A stretch of 64,000 nucleotides of DNA from a virus. This document shows, one piece after another, positions 18,010-27,466 of this stretch. Location of the stretch: IMG/VR virus record IMGVR_UViG_3300008448_000014, positions 49,910-113,909 of that record; one strand, 5' to 3'. Numbering within the stretch: the first letter of the stretch is position 1; every line of letters starts with the position of its first letter. Position numbers and translations under genes: made by a program. A model generated the notes under the pieces. It searched no databases and was not told the origin of the DNA. It saw only the letters and a program-made list of their open reading frames with translations.

Positions 18010-19566
18010 ATGAGTAGTATTCAAACTATCCCTGGATTAACAGGGTTTACCTACGCCAGAGTGGCTTCTATGGATAAGCGTGCTGTAGGTAAACTTACAG
18101 ATTCCAATCACTTAGAGAGTTTTCACTCTACTGAGCCTGCTGACTATGACAAGAAAATCATCAGTTTGTACACACAAAGTTCATTATATAGTAATGACTT
18201 TTTAGACATGATTAACAAAAGCACACCTTATTACATTGATAATAATAGTGATGCTTGGAAATGGCAAATTGCTGTTCCTTACAAATTTCCAAAAATCATT
18301 GACATTCCTGCGTCAACACAAGCTTTACAAAAGCCAGGTATTGATGGACAAGAATTTCAATTAGTATTAGATACTAATGAATTTTCTAAAAATGCAATTG
18401 TTTCTGTAGGTACACGTCAATATGGTCCACGTTTTTATGTAATTAAAGATCCACAACCATGGAACATGGGATTCTTATACACATTTACATTGGTAACTGA
18501 CAATCCAACAGTTGATTTTGTAACTTCTACATTTTTACAAGTTGGTATTGAATTAGAATTGGTTGATGCTGCTATTGGTGAATTTGACCAAGATTTATTA
18601 GGGCTTCCTAGATTAGGGGAGCAAATCACTATGTTTGAATCATTAGGTTCAGGATATGGATATGAACACAAAATTACAGAATGGGCTGATGACAAAATGA
18701 TGAGAGATGCTTCTGGTAAGCCACTTGATATTTTAGTATATGCTCCACAAAGACGTAACCAATTACCTTTAACTCGTAATGATGTTAAATGGGAGCCATT
18801 TGTTGAATTCTGGATGCGTAAATCTATGTTAGAATTAAAAGTTAAACGTATGATCTGGGCTAAACCAGGTACAGTTAAAACTGGAGGTTCTCAACAAAAT
18901 GTTAAACGTACTTCTGCAGGTGTATACCACAGAATGAGAAACAATGGAAACTTAGTTCAATATAACAGAGGTGAATTCTCTGCTAACTTATTACGTTCAG
19001 TATTTGGAGATTTATTCTACAGAAGAGTGGATGTAAAAGACAGAGCAGTTAAAATGTACACTAATGAAGCTGGTTTTGACGTATTCCAACAAGCTTTGAA
19101 AAATGATGCATTAAACTCTGGTCTTACATTTATGGCAGATTCTGGTAACAGATACTTACAAGGTGAAGGACAACACATTACATATAACTTTGCATTTGAT
19201 GCAATGGTTACACGTGAGACAGGTCGTATTGAATTAATTCACTTGAAAGAATTAGATTTACCACAAACTAACTTAGAGTTTGGACAAAACAAAAAATCTA
19301 CTCCAGTATTTATGGTGTTTGATGTTTCTCCAATGTCTGATGGTTCAATGGTGAATAACATTAGAGAAGTACGTATGAAAGGTGCTCCTTCTATGACTTG
19401 GGGTTATATTGATGGTACAAGACACCACTTAGGTTTTGCTAAATCTCAAGGAATGTCTTCTGCTAACAAATTCCCAGGATACGAAATCTGGATGAAAGAC
19501 AGATGTGATGTATTCATTGAAGACTTATCAAGAACTGTTCTTATAGAAGAGATACCACAGTTTTAA
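18010..19566 (+). CDS. Major capsid protein (crAss-like)
   Basis: 518 aa, highly biased codon usage, conserved position, crAss-type segments (MYTNEAGF..F, MTWGYIDG). Confidence 0.88.
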   Translation: MSSIQTIPGLTGFTYARVASMDKRAVGKLTDSNHLESFHSTEPADYDKKIISLYTQSSLYSNDFLDMINKSTPYYIDNNSDAWKWQIAVPYKFPKIIDIPASTQALQKPGIDGQEFQLVLDTNEFSKNAIVSVGTRQYGPRFYVIKDPQPWNMGFLYTFTLVTDNPTVDFVTSTFLQVGIELELVDAAIGEFDQDLLGLPRLGEQITMFESLGSGYGYEHKITEWADDKMMRDASGKPLDILVYAPQRRNQLPLTRNDVKWEPFVEFWMRKSMLELKVKRMIWAKPGTVKTGGSQQNVKRTSAGVYHRMRNNGNLVQYNRGEFSANLLRSVFGDLFYRRVDVKDRAVKMYTNEAGFDVFQQALKNDALNSGLTFMADSGNRYLQGEGQHITYNFAFDAMVTRETGRIELIHLKELDLPQTNLEFGQNKKSTPVFMVFDVSPMSDGSMVNNIREVRMKGAPSMTWGYIDGTRHHLGFAKSQGMSSANKFPGYEIWMKDRCDVFIEDLSRTVLIEEIPQF

Positions 19567-19573
19567 TATAAAA

Positions 19574-19730
19574 GATCAAAGGAACTTAGGAAGCATACCA
19601 TAAGAACTGCTCCTAAGTCTTTTCTTCAGAGAAAGTTCTTTCTAATTCCTCTCCCTTCGTTAGAAAGAAACTACTCAACAGAGTGATGAAACAGAAATGT
19701 AAGCATTAGTCATTTGATTGACACACTCTA
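19574..19730 (+). promoter_or_regulatory. Cluster of three hairpins after the capsid gene
   Basis: ACTTAGGA..TCCTAAGT; TTCTTTCTAA..TTAGAAAGAA; AGAGTG..CACTCT. Confidence 0.5.
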
Positions 19731-19769
19731 CAAATTATAAACCAATTTTTTAATTAAACTACATATATT

Positions 19770-20219
19770 ATGTCAAACAATTCTTCTAAGTATAAAGAAG
19801 ATATTATAAGATTAAGAAGTGAAGGTAAAAATTATCTTCAAATAGTAGAAATACTAAAATGTTCTAAGTCAATAGTATCCTATTATTCTAGTAATAAGCA
19901 ACAGGAGAATGCAAGACTAGCTAGAAAAAAGACTCTTCCTGTTAAAAAAATTAACAGAAAAATAGGAGTTTTTAGAAATAGAAATTATGTAGATAATTTT
20001 TTAAAAGGTAAATCTTGTGTTGATTGTGGTAATACTGATACTAGAGTATTAGAATTTGATCACGTAAGAGGAATTAAAGAAGGACACATTTCACATGCTG
20101 TAAAAAATGCTTGGAGTATTGAAAGATTACAAAAAGAAATAGATAAATGTGAAATTAGATGTTGTAACTGTCATAGAATAGTTACTATTGATAGACGTAA
20201 TAAATGTAAATTAATATAA
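19770..20219 (+). CDS. HNH endonuclease with N-terminal HTH (free-standing homing endonuclease)
   Basis: CVDCG...LEFDH...CEIRCCNCHR; HTH in GKNYLQIVEILKCSKSIVSYY. Confidence 0.85.
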   Translation: MSNNSSKYKEDIIRLRSEGKNYLQIVEILKCSKSIVSYYSSNKQQENARLARKKTLPVKKINRKIGVFRNRNYVDNFLKGKSCVDCGNTDTRVLEFDHVRGIKEGHISHAVKNAWSIERLQKEIDKCEIRCCNCHRIVTIDRRNKCKLI

Positions 20220-20255
20220 ACCAATGAGAAGAAATTCTCGCAAATAAACTAAATA

Positions 20256-21224
20256 ATGGGCAAGTTAGGCAAAATCTCTACAATCAAAAGAGAGTTTAAT
20301 AGTTCACAATTGCAAACAATGCAAAGTGAGCTTTCAAGAAACAATATGACCAGAATTCCTGGTACAGGAGTGTTTAAATATCCTTATAAGGAGTTAGATG
20401 GTCAATATAGAACAGGATTAGATGCAAATGCTGCATACATTAAAAGAATTCAAGATCCAACTGAAAGAGAGTTAGAAATTGCTAGAGTTACAGCATTGCG
20501 TGAAAAATTAGAATATGCTCTTGGAGATATTGATCTTGGACCACGTTCTAAGTTTTGGAATTATGGGTTATCAACATCTACAGATGATGTCACTCACGTA
20601 CAACCTTACAAATTACTTGATGGTGATAACTTTTTTGATTTATCTATTCCTTTTCAAGAATTATCATTTGCTTGGTTAAGAGTTCATCCAACAATTGCAA
20701 GTTCATTTGGAGCTTGGGAAAGAGGAGAATATCCAGCAGATACACAATTTTATATTGTAGATGATGATATTGAAAATGAAATTGTATTTAAGAAAAAACA
20801 ATTAATCAATAGAGCAATTGTTAAATTTGAGGATATGACTCCTGATAAGAAAAAGAAAATTGCAAGATTATTAGGATTACCAGTTACAGAAGACACTAAA
20901 GAAGAAGTTGTATATAACCAAGTGGATAACTTATTAAAACAAACAGAATTCAAAAGTGGTAAACATTCAGGATTAAATCCTATTGAAGTGTTTAATAGAT
21001 TTGCTAACATGAAAGAAGACTTGCTACATATACAAGATTTAGTTAAACAAGCTATTTCACATTCTGTTTATAGAATTAAACCTGATGGTAGGGTTTATGA
21101 AGGTGAGTTTGAAATTGCAAAAGATGAACAAGACTTAGTTAAATTTTTAATTGATGATGATCATCAAGATGAACTAATTGTTTTGGAACAAAAATTAAAA
21201 GGTAAAAAACTAGCTGCTTTATAA
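20256..21224 (+). CDS. Conserved crAss-like protein downstream of the capsid gene
   Basis: Synteny; HPTIA segment. Confidence 0.65.
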   Translation: MGKLGKISTIKREFNSSQLQTMQSELSRNNMTRIPGTGVFKYPYKELDGQYRTGLDANAAYIKRIQDPTERELEIARVTALREKLEYALGDIDLGPRSKFWNYGLSTSTDDVTHVQPYKLLDGDNFFDLSIPFQELSFAWLRVHPTIASSFGAWERGEYPADTQFYIVDDDIENEIVFKKKQLINRAIVKFEDMTPDKKKKIARLLGLPVTEDTKEEVVYNQVDNLLKQTEFKSGKHSGLNPIEVFNRFANMKEDLLHIQDLVKQAISHSVYRIKPDGRVYEGEFEIAKDEQDLVKFLIDDDHQDELIVLEQKLKGKKLAAL

Positions 21225-21250
21225 GTGGCTAGTTTATAAAAATATAAAAT

Positions 21251-21982
21251 ATGATACCAGTAGATAGTTTATTATATAAAATTGATCAAAGATTAAATAA
21301 GCTATCAACTAATGAGCATCAACAGATTCAGCTTGAAGATAAAATTTTAGCTCTTAATGAGGCTCAAATTAAGTTGATAAAGCAAAAGATTGATGGTATG
21401 AGTGTTGCTAATGGCATGGGAATGGACTCATTTAAAAAACGTTATGAAGATTTACAAAGTCTTGTATTAAATTATAACCATCAACCTTTAGAATTAGTAT
21501 TAGAAGATGCTGATTTAAATCAATGGAGAGCTAATATACATCAACTTGAACCTAAATATATGTTCTATATAGATTCATATGTTTTAGCTGATAAAGGAAA
21601 ATGTAAAGATAGAAAGATTTGGATTAATAGAGATTTAGCAAAACATGGTGATTTACAGTTTATATTAAATAACAGTCATTACAAACCAAGTTTTGAATAT
21701 CAAGAAACCTTTAATTTATTATCTTCTGATGAAATAAGTATATTTACAGATGGAACATTTACTCCTACAACTATAAATATAATGTACATGAGATATCCAG
21801 TGTACATTGATAAAACAGGGTATATAAAATTTGATGGTACACCTTCTACAGATGTAGATTGTGAACTTGAAACATATTTAGAAGATGAATTGTTAGATTT
21901 AACAGTACAAAACCTAGCTATGTATACAGAAAATCAAAGTGCTACACAAAGTGCAGCATACAGAATACAAACAAATGAATAA
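21251..21982 (+). CDS. Conserved crAss-like structural (ring/neck) protein
   Basis: LNEAQ...Y.RYP...CEL pattern and synteny. Confidence 0.65.
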   Translation: MIPVDSLLYKIDQRLNKLSTNEHQQIQLEDKILALNEAQIKLIKQKIDGMSVANGMGMDSFKKRYEDLQSLVLNYNHQPLELVLEDADLNQWRANIHQLEPKYMFYIDSYVLADKGKCKDRKIWINRDLAKHGDLQFILNNSHYKPSFEYQETFNLLSSDEISIFTDGTFTPTTINIMYMRYPVYIDKTGYIKFDGTPSTDVDCELETYLEDELLDLTVQNLAMYTENQSATQSAAYRIQTNE

Positions 21983-22008
21983 GTAATTAATAATTAAATC
22001 TAAATAAA

Positions 22009-23151
22009 ATGGCAGATTTTTCTTTAACCACGCTCTTCGTAGTGCCAGCAGCCCAAACAGCTTTGTCTGGTAGTGCTACGCAAGACCTTGCTCCTGGAAT
22101 CATAGGAGTTTATGACAACAACTATAGAGCTGTTCCAGCAGGTACAACAGCTTTTGATGCTAGTGTAGGACCTTATTTCTACATTGCACAAGGTAGAACT
22201 AATAACTATTTACAAGGGTCTAAAAGATCTGACAAAATTGCTGGTTGTAATCAAGCAGTTTCTTGTCAACCAAATGTATTTGAATGGTATAAAGTAGTTG
22301 GATGCCCTACGCCTGTAAACCAAATTACATTAGTGGATAACTTCACTGTACAATGTGGAGAAAGCATTACATTAACTTTACGTGCTCACTCTTCTTACAT
22401 TGATACATTGTATTTCAATGGGTTTACACGTTCAGTAACAATCCAAGCTCCTTGTTGTGCTTGTGATGAAAATCCTTGTGATACTGTATCTCCTGAGATT
22501 ATCATTGACTTGTTAATTGCAAAATTAACTCAACAAGCTCCTGGTATTAATCCTGATAACATTTCTTTTAACAACTTCTTTACCTTTACTAAAATAGGTA
22601 CTACAGGTTTACAAATTGAAGGAAAAGCTTTAACTAAATATGGTCAACCATGTGATGTTGCTGCGTTCCCATTTGAGTATGATAGACTATGGTTTAACAC
22701 ATTTGTATATGCAGGTCCTGCTACAACAGCTGACTTTATTGTTGCTGATGCTTGTAACCTTGTTGCTGATGCAAATGTAGTTCAAACATCAAATTATGCT
22801 AGAGGTACTTCAGAAGAAATTATTCAATTAGAGAAAAATTTCTATAGCTACCAAACAGGTTTCTTGAAACATTTATATAGAATGGCTGGGTACAACCAAG
22901 CATTTGAATCATTTGTTACTCCAGGTACAACTTATACAACTTACTACATTAGATTTAATGAGTATGGTAAAGGTCAGTATAACTTTGGTGATTATATTAC
23001 TATGGATTCTACTGTTATTATTGCTGTACCAACTACTAGTACTGCATTGATTGCTGATCTTGAAAATACATTAGTTCCTGCTTTAGGTGCTGTTGTGAGT
23101 GATGGTGCTGTATGTATTACTACTACTAGTACTACTACTGCTGCACTGTAA
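22009..23151 (+). CDS. Abundant structural protein with Cys cluster and Thr-rich C-terminus
   Basis: Biased codon usage, followed by a strong terminator; synteny. Confidence 0.65.
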   Translation: MADFSLTTLFVVPAAQTALSGSATQDLAPGIIGVYDNNYRAVPAGTTAFDASVGPYFYIAQGRTNNYLQGSKRSDKIAGCNQAVSCQPNVFEWYKVVGCPTPVNQITLVDNFTVQCGESITLTLRAHSSYIDTLYFNGFTRSVTIQAPCCACDENPCDTVSPEIIIDLLIAKLTQQAPGINPDNISFNNFFTFTKIGTTGLQIEGKALTKYGQPCDVAAFPFEYDRLWFNTFVYAGPATTADFIVADACNLVADANVVQTSNYARGTSEEIIQLEKNFYSYQTGFLKHLYRMAGYNQAFESFVTPGTTYTTYYIRFNEYGKGQYNFGDYITMDSTVIIAVPTTSTALIADLENTLVPALGAVVSDGAVCITTTSTTTAAL

Positions 23152-23176
23152 TTAAAATAAAATTTAATACTTAATC

Positions 23177-23210
23177 AAGGGGAAGGAACATCAATTCCTT
23201 TCCCTTTTTT
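23177..23210 (+). terminator. Rho-independent terminator
   Basis: AAGGGGAAGGAA...TTCCTTTCCCTT followed by a T-run. Confidence 0.8.
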
Positions 23211-23226
23211 ATTAAAACTAAATGAC

Positions 23227-23790
23227 ATGCCAACATTAAAATTAGATTTTTTAGTAGTTCCTACATATAATACATTAACTCTTGGAGTTATTGATTCTTC
23301 TATATACCCAACAAATCCACCTTCTGTAACTTCTCCTTTTATAGAAATTACACCACCTGGTTTTGATAAAATAGGAATTGTATTTAATGTTGATGAATAT
23401 AATATTTTTACATCAGCAAATTTAGGAATATCACCAGTAGGTGTTAATCAACCTTTACCTGATGGTATATACCATATAAAATATTCTGTTACTCCTGCAT
23501 TTACTAATTTTGTAGAAAAATCTATTATACGTACAGATAAATTACAAGAAAAGTTTGATGAAGCTTTTATGAAGTTAGATATGATGGAATGTGATAGAGC
23601 TATTAAAACTCAAAGTAAAGTTGAATTGGATTCAATATATTATTTTATTCAAGGAGCTATTGCTGCAGCTAATAATTGTGCAATAGTACAATCAACAAAA
23701 CTATATAACCAAGCAGAGAAAATGTTAAATCATTTTATGAAAAATGATTGTGGATGTTCAGGAAATAACTATATAATTAATTTTCCATAG
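23227..23790 (+). CDS. Tail hub/fibre-attachment-type structural protein
   Basis: LPDGIY.IKYSV motif; C-terminal CGC. Confidence 0.6.
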   Translation: MPTLKLDFLVVPTYNTLTLGVIDSSIYPTNPPSVTSPFIEITPPGFDKIGIVFNVDEYNIFTSANLGISPVGVNQPLPDGIYHIKYSVTPAFTNFVEKSIIRTDKLQEKFDEAFMKLDMMECDRAIKTQSKVELDSIYYFIQGAIAAANNCAIVQSTKLYNQAEKMLNHFMKNDCGCSGNNYIINFP

Positions 23791-23792
23791 AT

Positions 23793-23924
23793 ATGGCAAA
23801 CTGTAGACAATGTGGTATCAACGTAGGTTGTGGCTGCAATTTAATAAATGGATTATGTGCTTCTTGTAATGCACTATCAAAAACTATTAAAAACTTTATA
23901 ACATCATGCTTACACCCAGATTAA
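23793..23924 (+). CDS. Cys-rich microprotein (43 aa)
   Basis: Hand translation MANCRQCGINVGCGCNLINGLCASC...; fills the gap between two genes; below the ORF-track cutoff. Confidence 0.65.
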   Translation: MANCRQCGINVGCGCNLINGLCASCNALSKTIKNFITSCLHPD

Positions 23925-24172
23925 CAAATTGTCCAGAATGTGCTGATATACCAACTTTAATTGCAGAGATTGATTGTAAAATAGCAGATATAAGTAATGC
24001 TTTATATAACAACGTTGTATTTATGTTGAATAAACCATTTGCTTCTGAAACCATATCAGATCTTTTAAAGTATAGAAGAATATTAACTTTTAAAGTTTGT
24101 AATCCAAATTATGCTGGGCATTATTCTGTAAATATGATTTCAAATAAAATCAACCTTTTAAAATTTAAATAA
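23906..24172 (+). CDS. Small structural protein
   Basis: ORF track; TAATG coupling to the tail-fibre gene. Confidence 0.65.
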   Translation: MLTPRLTNCPECADIPTLIAEIDCKIADISNALYNNVVFMLNKPFASETISDLLKYRRILTFKVCNPNYAGHYSVNMISNKINLLKFK

Positions 24173-25293
24173 TGAGTTGCAATAATTGCTTTAATGGATG
24201 TACTGAAACTGTATCAGATCAGTGCGTAAAATATACAGGAAATGATATTCCTGCTTTGGGTATTCTACATGGTGATACTTTACTATCTGTAGAAAATGCC
24301 ATAACATCTTTTTTGACTACAATACTTACAGGAGAGAGTATTACACCTATTATTGATCCAAGTATTATTTGTGAATTAGTTAGTTCTAATTTACCAAATT
24401 GTACTGAGTGTGATGGTATATCTTTAAATGATATTATCACTGCACTTATTAAATCAACATGTAGTTTACAAGCTCAAGTCACTGTAATAAACCAAACATT
24501 AACAACATTAAATTCTCCATATACAGTAGGATGTTTAACAGGTATTGCAAACACTTCTGATACACATGAAGTGTTACAAACTGTTATAACAAAATTATGT
24601 GCAGTTAGCTCAGACCTATCTGCGTTAATTACTAATATTGATGTAAACTATTCTAGTAATGGTGCTGAATTAAATGCACAAATTGCAAACTATTTAAGTT
24701 CTGTACCAGGAGCAAACTTTGTATATAACAAAATGGTTCCATATTCTATAGTTGCTTTTTATCCAACTCCAGCATTTTTAGCTGGTAAATTTAGTTCTAC
24801 AGGAGCTGGTTTAGGAGATTGGCAAAAAATATATTTATGTAATGGACAAAACAATACACCTGATTTAAGAGGAATAACACTTGTAGGTGCTAATTCTATG
24901 GGAACAAATGCTTACACTAATCCTGCAACAAATCCAGCAGTTTCTGGTAATCCAACATATTCTCAAGGTACGTTTCAAGGTGCTAATACAGTTACATTAG
25001 GAATATCACAAATTCCTAATCATACACACCTTAATACTGTTAATACTGTTTTAACTGATCCTGGACATACTCATGCAATATTAGGTTCCACTACTACTTC
25101 AGGGGGTAGCGGAAATTTTGCTGTTAATAATGTAAATAATACTGGAGTATCATTTAACACACAAAGTAGTGGAGTTAATGGTACAGGAATTACAGCAACA
25201 ACAACAATTACAAATGCTGCACAAGGAGGAGGAGAAGCTCATTCTAATATTCAACCTAGTATAGGAGTAAATTATATAATGTATATACCTTAA
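24172..25293 (+). CDS. Tail fibre with tail-collar and His-rich tip domain
   Basis: W...LCNGQNNTPDLRG collar motif; HTH...HTH...H.NIQP...YIM tip pattern. Confidence 0.8.
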   Translation: MSCNNCFNGCTETVSDQCVKYTGNDIPALGILHGDTLLSVENAITSFLTTILTGESITPIIDPSIICELVSSNLPNCTECDGISLNDIITALIKSTCSLQAQVTVINQTLTTLNSPYTVGCLTGIANTSDTHEVLQTVITKLCAVSSDLSALITNIDVNYSSNGAELNAQIANYLSSVPGANFVYNKMVPYSIVAFYPTPAFLAGKFSSTGAGLGDWQKIYLCNGQNNTPDLRGITLVGANSMGTNAYTNPATNPAVSGNPTYSQGTFQGANTVTLGISQIPNHTHLNTVNTVLTDPGHTHAILGSTTTSGGSGNFAVNNVNNTGVSFNTQSSGVNGTGITATTTITNAAQGGGEAHSNIQPSIGVNYIMYIP

Positions 25294-25297
25294 AAAT

Positions 25298-26404
25298 ATG
25301 TGGTCATTCCTACCAAAAAAATGTGATTGTGCTGAAACTCCAACAAATCCTGCAACACCTTGTAATGAAAATTTACAAGTGGCTAGTGATTATGTTTATA
25401 ATGGAGAAGATTTATCTTGTATAGGAGTAAACCAAGGAGATGATTTAACAACTGCTTTACAAAAAATAGATTACTATTTATGTAGTAGAGAATTTACAGA
25501 ATATTTTTTAACTTATGTAGAAAATAATATAGTATTATTTACTGAGTTTATAGAATTAGTTAATGGTGTTATTAATTGTGAAACTATACAAGCTTGTGGA
25601 CCATCGACTACAACTACTACATCTTCTTCTACATCTACATCATCTACTACTACTACAACCACTACATTAGCATGTAATTGTATTGAAGTGTTTGCTACTA
25701 ATGGAGATGAAGTAAATTATACAGATTGTAACGATTTAAAACAAATAGAGTTATTTGCAGGATCTCCGTCTACTATTCCTCCTTATGTTGGGGCTAATTC
25801 TAAACTATATTGTGCAAAATCTGTAATTGTGTTTGGTTCTTTCTTTACTGTAAATCATGGTTTATGTGAATTAGGTAGTTATTGTAATCCTATTACAACA
25901 ACCACCACCACTACATTAACACCTACAACTACAACTACTAGTTCTAGTTCTACAACTACAACAACAAGCACTAGTTCAAGTACAACAACTACAACTACAA
26001 CAATTAATCCTGATTTATTTCCTTTAAGTGGCGAATGGTTAATAAATAGTGTTAATAGTAATGTAAATATTAATAGTATAAATAATTTAAGTGGTAGCTC
26101 TGTAAGTTGTGTAAATGCTTTATGTAATTTTCCTATTAATGCAAGTAGTGGTACTTATGCAGCAACTCCACCAACATCTGATGGATTTACACCTATTATT
26201 ACATCACTTATCACAACATTAACTTTAAATTTAAGTTGGGGTACAGTAATTCCTGGAGCTACATATTATTTTGAAATATATGTAAATGGGGTATTAATAA
26301 CACCAGTAAATGACACTTTTTATGGTACACCTGTTGTAACATTAAATATACCTTTAGTAACAGGTAATGAAGATGTATCAATTGTGTTTAATGGTACAGT
26401 TTAA
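25298..26404 (+). CDS. Cys/Thr-rich tail-fibre-like protein
   Basis: N-terminal module shared with neighbours; two long poly-Thr/Ser tracts. Confidence 0.6.
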   Translation: MWSFLPKKCDCAETPTNPATPCNENLQVASDYVYNGEDLSCIGVNQGDDLTTALQKIDYYLCSREFTEYFLTYVENNIVLFTEFIELVNGVINCETIQACGPSTTTTTSSSTSTSSTTTTTTTLACNCIEVFATNGDEVNYTDCNDLKQIELFAGSPSTIPPYVGANSKLYCAKSVIVFGSFFTVNHGLCELGSYCNPITTTTTTTLTPTTTTTSSSSTTTTTSTSSSTTTTTTTINPDLFPLSGEWLINSVNSNVNINSINNLSGSSVSCVNALCNFPINASSGTYAATPPTSDGFTPIITSLITTLTLNLSWGTVIPGATYYFEIYVNGVLITPVNDTFYGTPVVTLNIPLVTGNEDVSIVFNGTV

Positions 26405-26428
26405 ACTAATAAAATAATAATAAAAAAT

Positions 26429-27025
26429 ATGTGCACAAATAATTCAAATTGTAATTGTACTGACAATACATGTGGATGTAAAACATCTACAGATGAAGTA
26501 GTATACCAAGGACCACCACTATCTTGTGTTGGTATAAATAATTGTGATACTATGACTGATGTATTACAACAATTAAATTCTTATATATGTAGTGAAGAAT
26601 TAGTAACTATTATTATAAATAACATTATAAATAATGTAGAGTTATATCAACAATTTACAACTATAGTAAATAACAGTGTAGATTGTAATACTGTATGGGG
26701 CTGTGAAACCACATCTACAACTACAACAGGTATACCTACGACTACTACTACAACAACAATTCCTTTATTAATTGAATTAAAAATAAGTCCTACAAGTGCT
26801 GGTGATGACACAGATACATGTTTACTAGACACTGATAACCCAGTTTTTATATCAATGGTAATTCCTCCAACTTTACAAATTGGTGATACATTATATACAG
26901 ATAATTTAGGAATAATTCCTTTTATAGGTGGACTTAAATGGTGGAAAATTGCTCAAGGAGTTAATAGATATTCTTGTCAAGTTTCTGATACTGGAGAAAT
27001 ATTAACTAAATTTGTTTGTGTATAA
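26429..27025 (+). CDS. Cys/Thr-rich tail-fibre-like protein
   Basis: Shared N-terminal module, Thr tract, C-terminal IGDTLYTD...F.GG..WW domain. Confidence 0.6.
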   Translation: MCTNNSNCNCTDNTCGCKTSTDEVVYQGPPLSCVGINNCDTMTDVLQQLNSYICSEELVTIIINNIINNVELYQQFTTIVNNSVDCNTVWGCETTSTTTTGIPTTTTTTTIPLLIELKISPTSAGDDTDTCLLDTDNPVFISMVIPPTLQIGDTLYTDNLGIIPFIGGLKWWKIAQGVNRYSCQVSDTGEILTKFVCV

Positions 27026-27041
27026 TTTAATATAAAAAAAT

Positions 27042-27296
27042 ATGACAGTATTAATAACATTAACAACAGCAGGATCTGATTCAGGACCATTTGATTTATA
27101 TTCAAATTTAGATGGGTATACATCAGCATTTGAGTCAGGAGTTTCTAAAGCAGCATTACTTGCAGGATATTCTTCTGCACTTGTACCTGATTATACAACA
27201 ACTATTAGAGTTAAATCTAATGGGGTATTATGTACAAATTATGTAGATATAAATGTAGCTCTTTTACCTACAACCACTACAACTACTACGATATAA
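27042..27296 (+). CDS. Small beta-rich structural protein ending in poly-Thr
   Basis: LT.AG...GPFD module paralogous to the N-terminus of 36633..37502. Confidence 0.65.
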   Translation: MTVLITLTTAGSDSGPFDLYSNLDGYTSAFESGVSKAALLAGYSSALVPDYTTTIRVKSNGVLCTNYVDINVALLPTTTTTTTI

Positions 27297-27331
27297 AAAA
27301 AAAAACAAAGTTTGTTGGTTTTCTTAGTTTT

Positions 27332-27359
27332 CTCCTTAAGATTTTCTTGAGGAGTTTTT
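27332..27359 (+). terminator. Rho-independent terminator
   Basis: CTCCTTAAG-ATTTT-CTTGAGGAG-TTTTT. Confidence 0.7.
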
Positions 27360-27360
27360 A

Positions 27361-27383
27361 TTTATAACTATTTTAGTTATAAA
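27361..27383. promoter_or_regulatory. Perfect 10-bp inverted repeat, candidate operator
   Basis: TTTATAACTA-TTT-TAGTTATAAA upstream of a promoter. Confidence 0.45.
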
Positions 27384-27407
27384 GAATTACCTTAGTAATT
27401 AAAAATA

Positions 27408-27440
27408 TTTGTAATATTTAAAAAGTATTTTTTATCTTTA
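27408..27440 (+). promoter_or_regulatory. Probable Bacteroidota-type promoter
   Basis: TTTG-N21-TATCTTTA upstream of 27467. Confidence 0.6.
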
Positions 27441-27466
27441 CCTAGTTTTAACTAATATAAACACAT

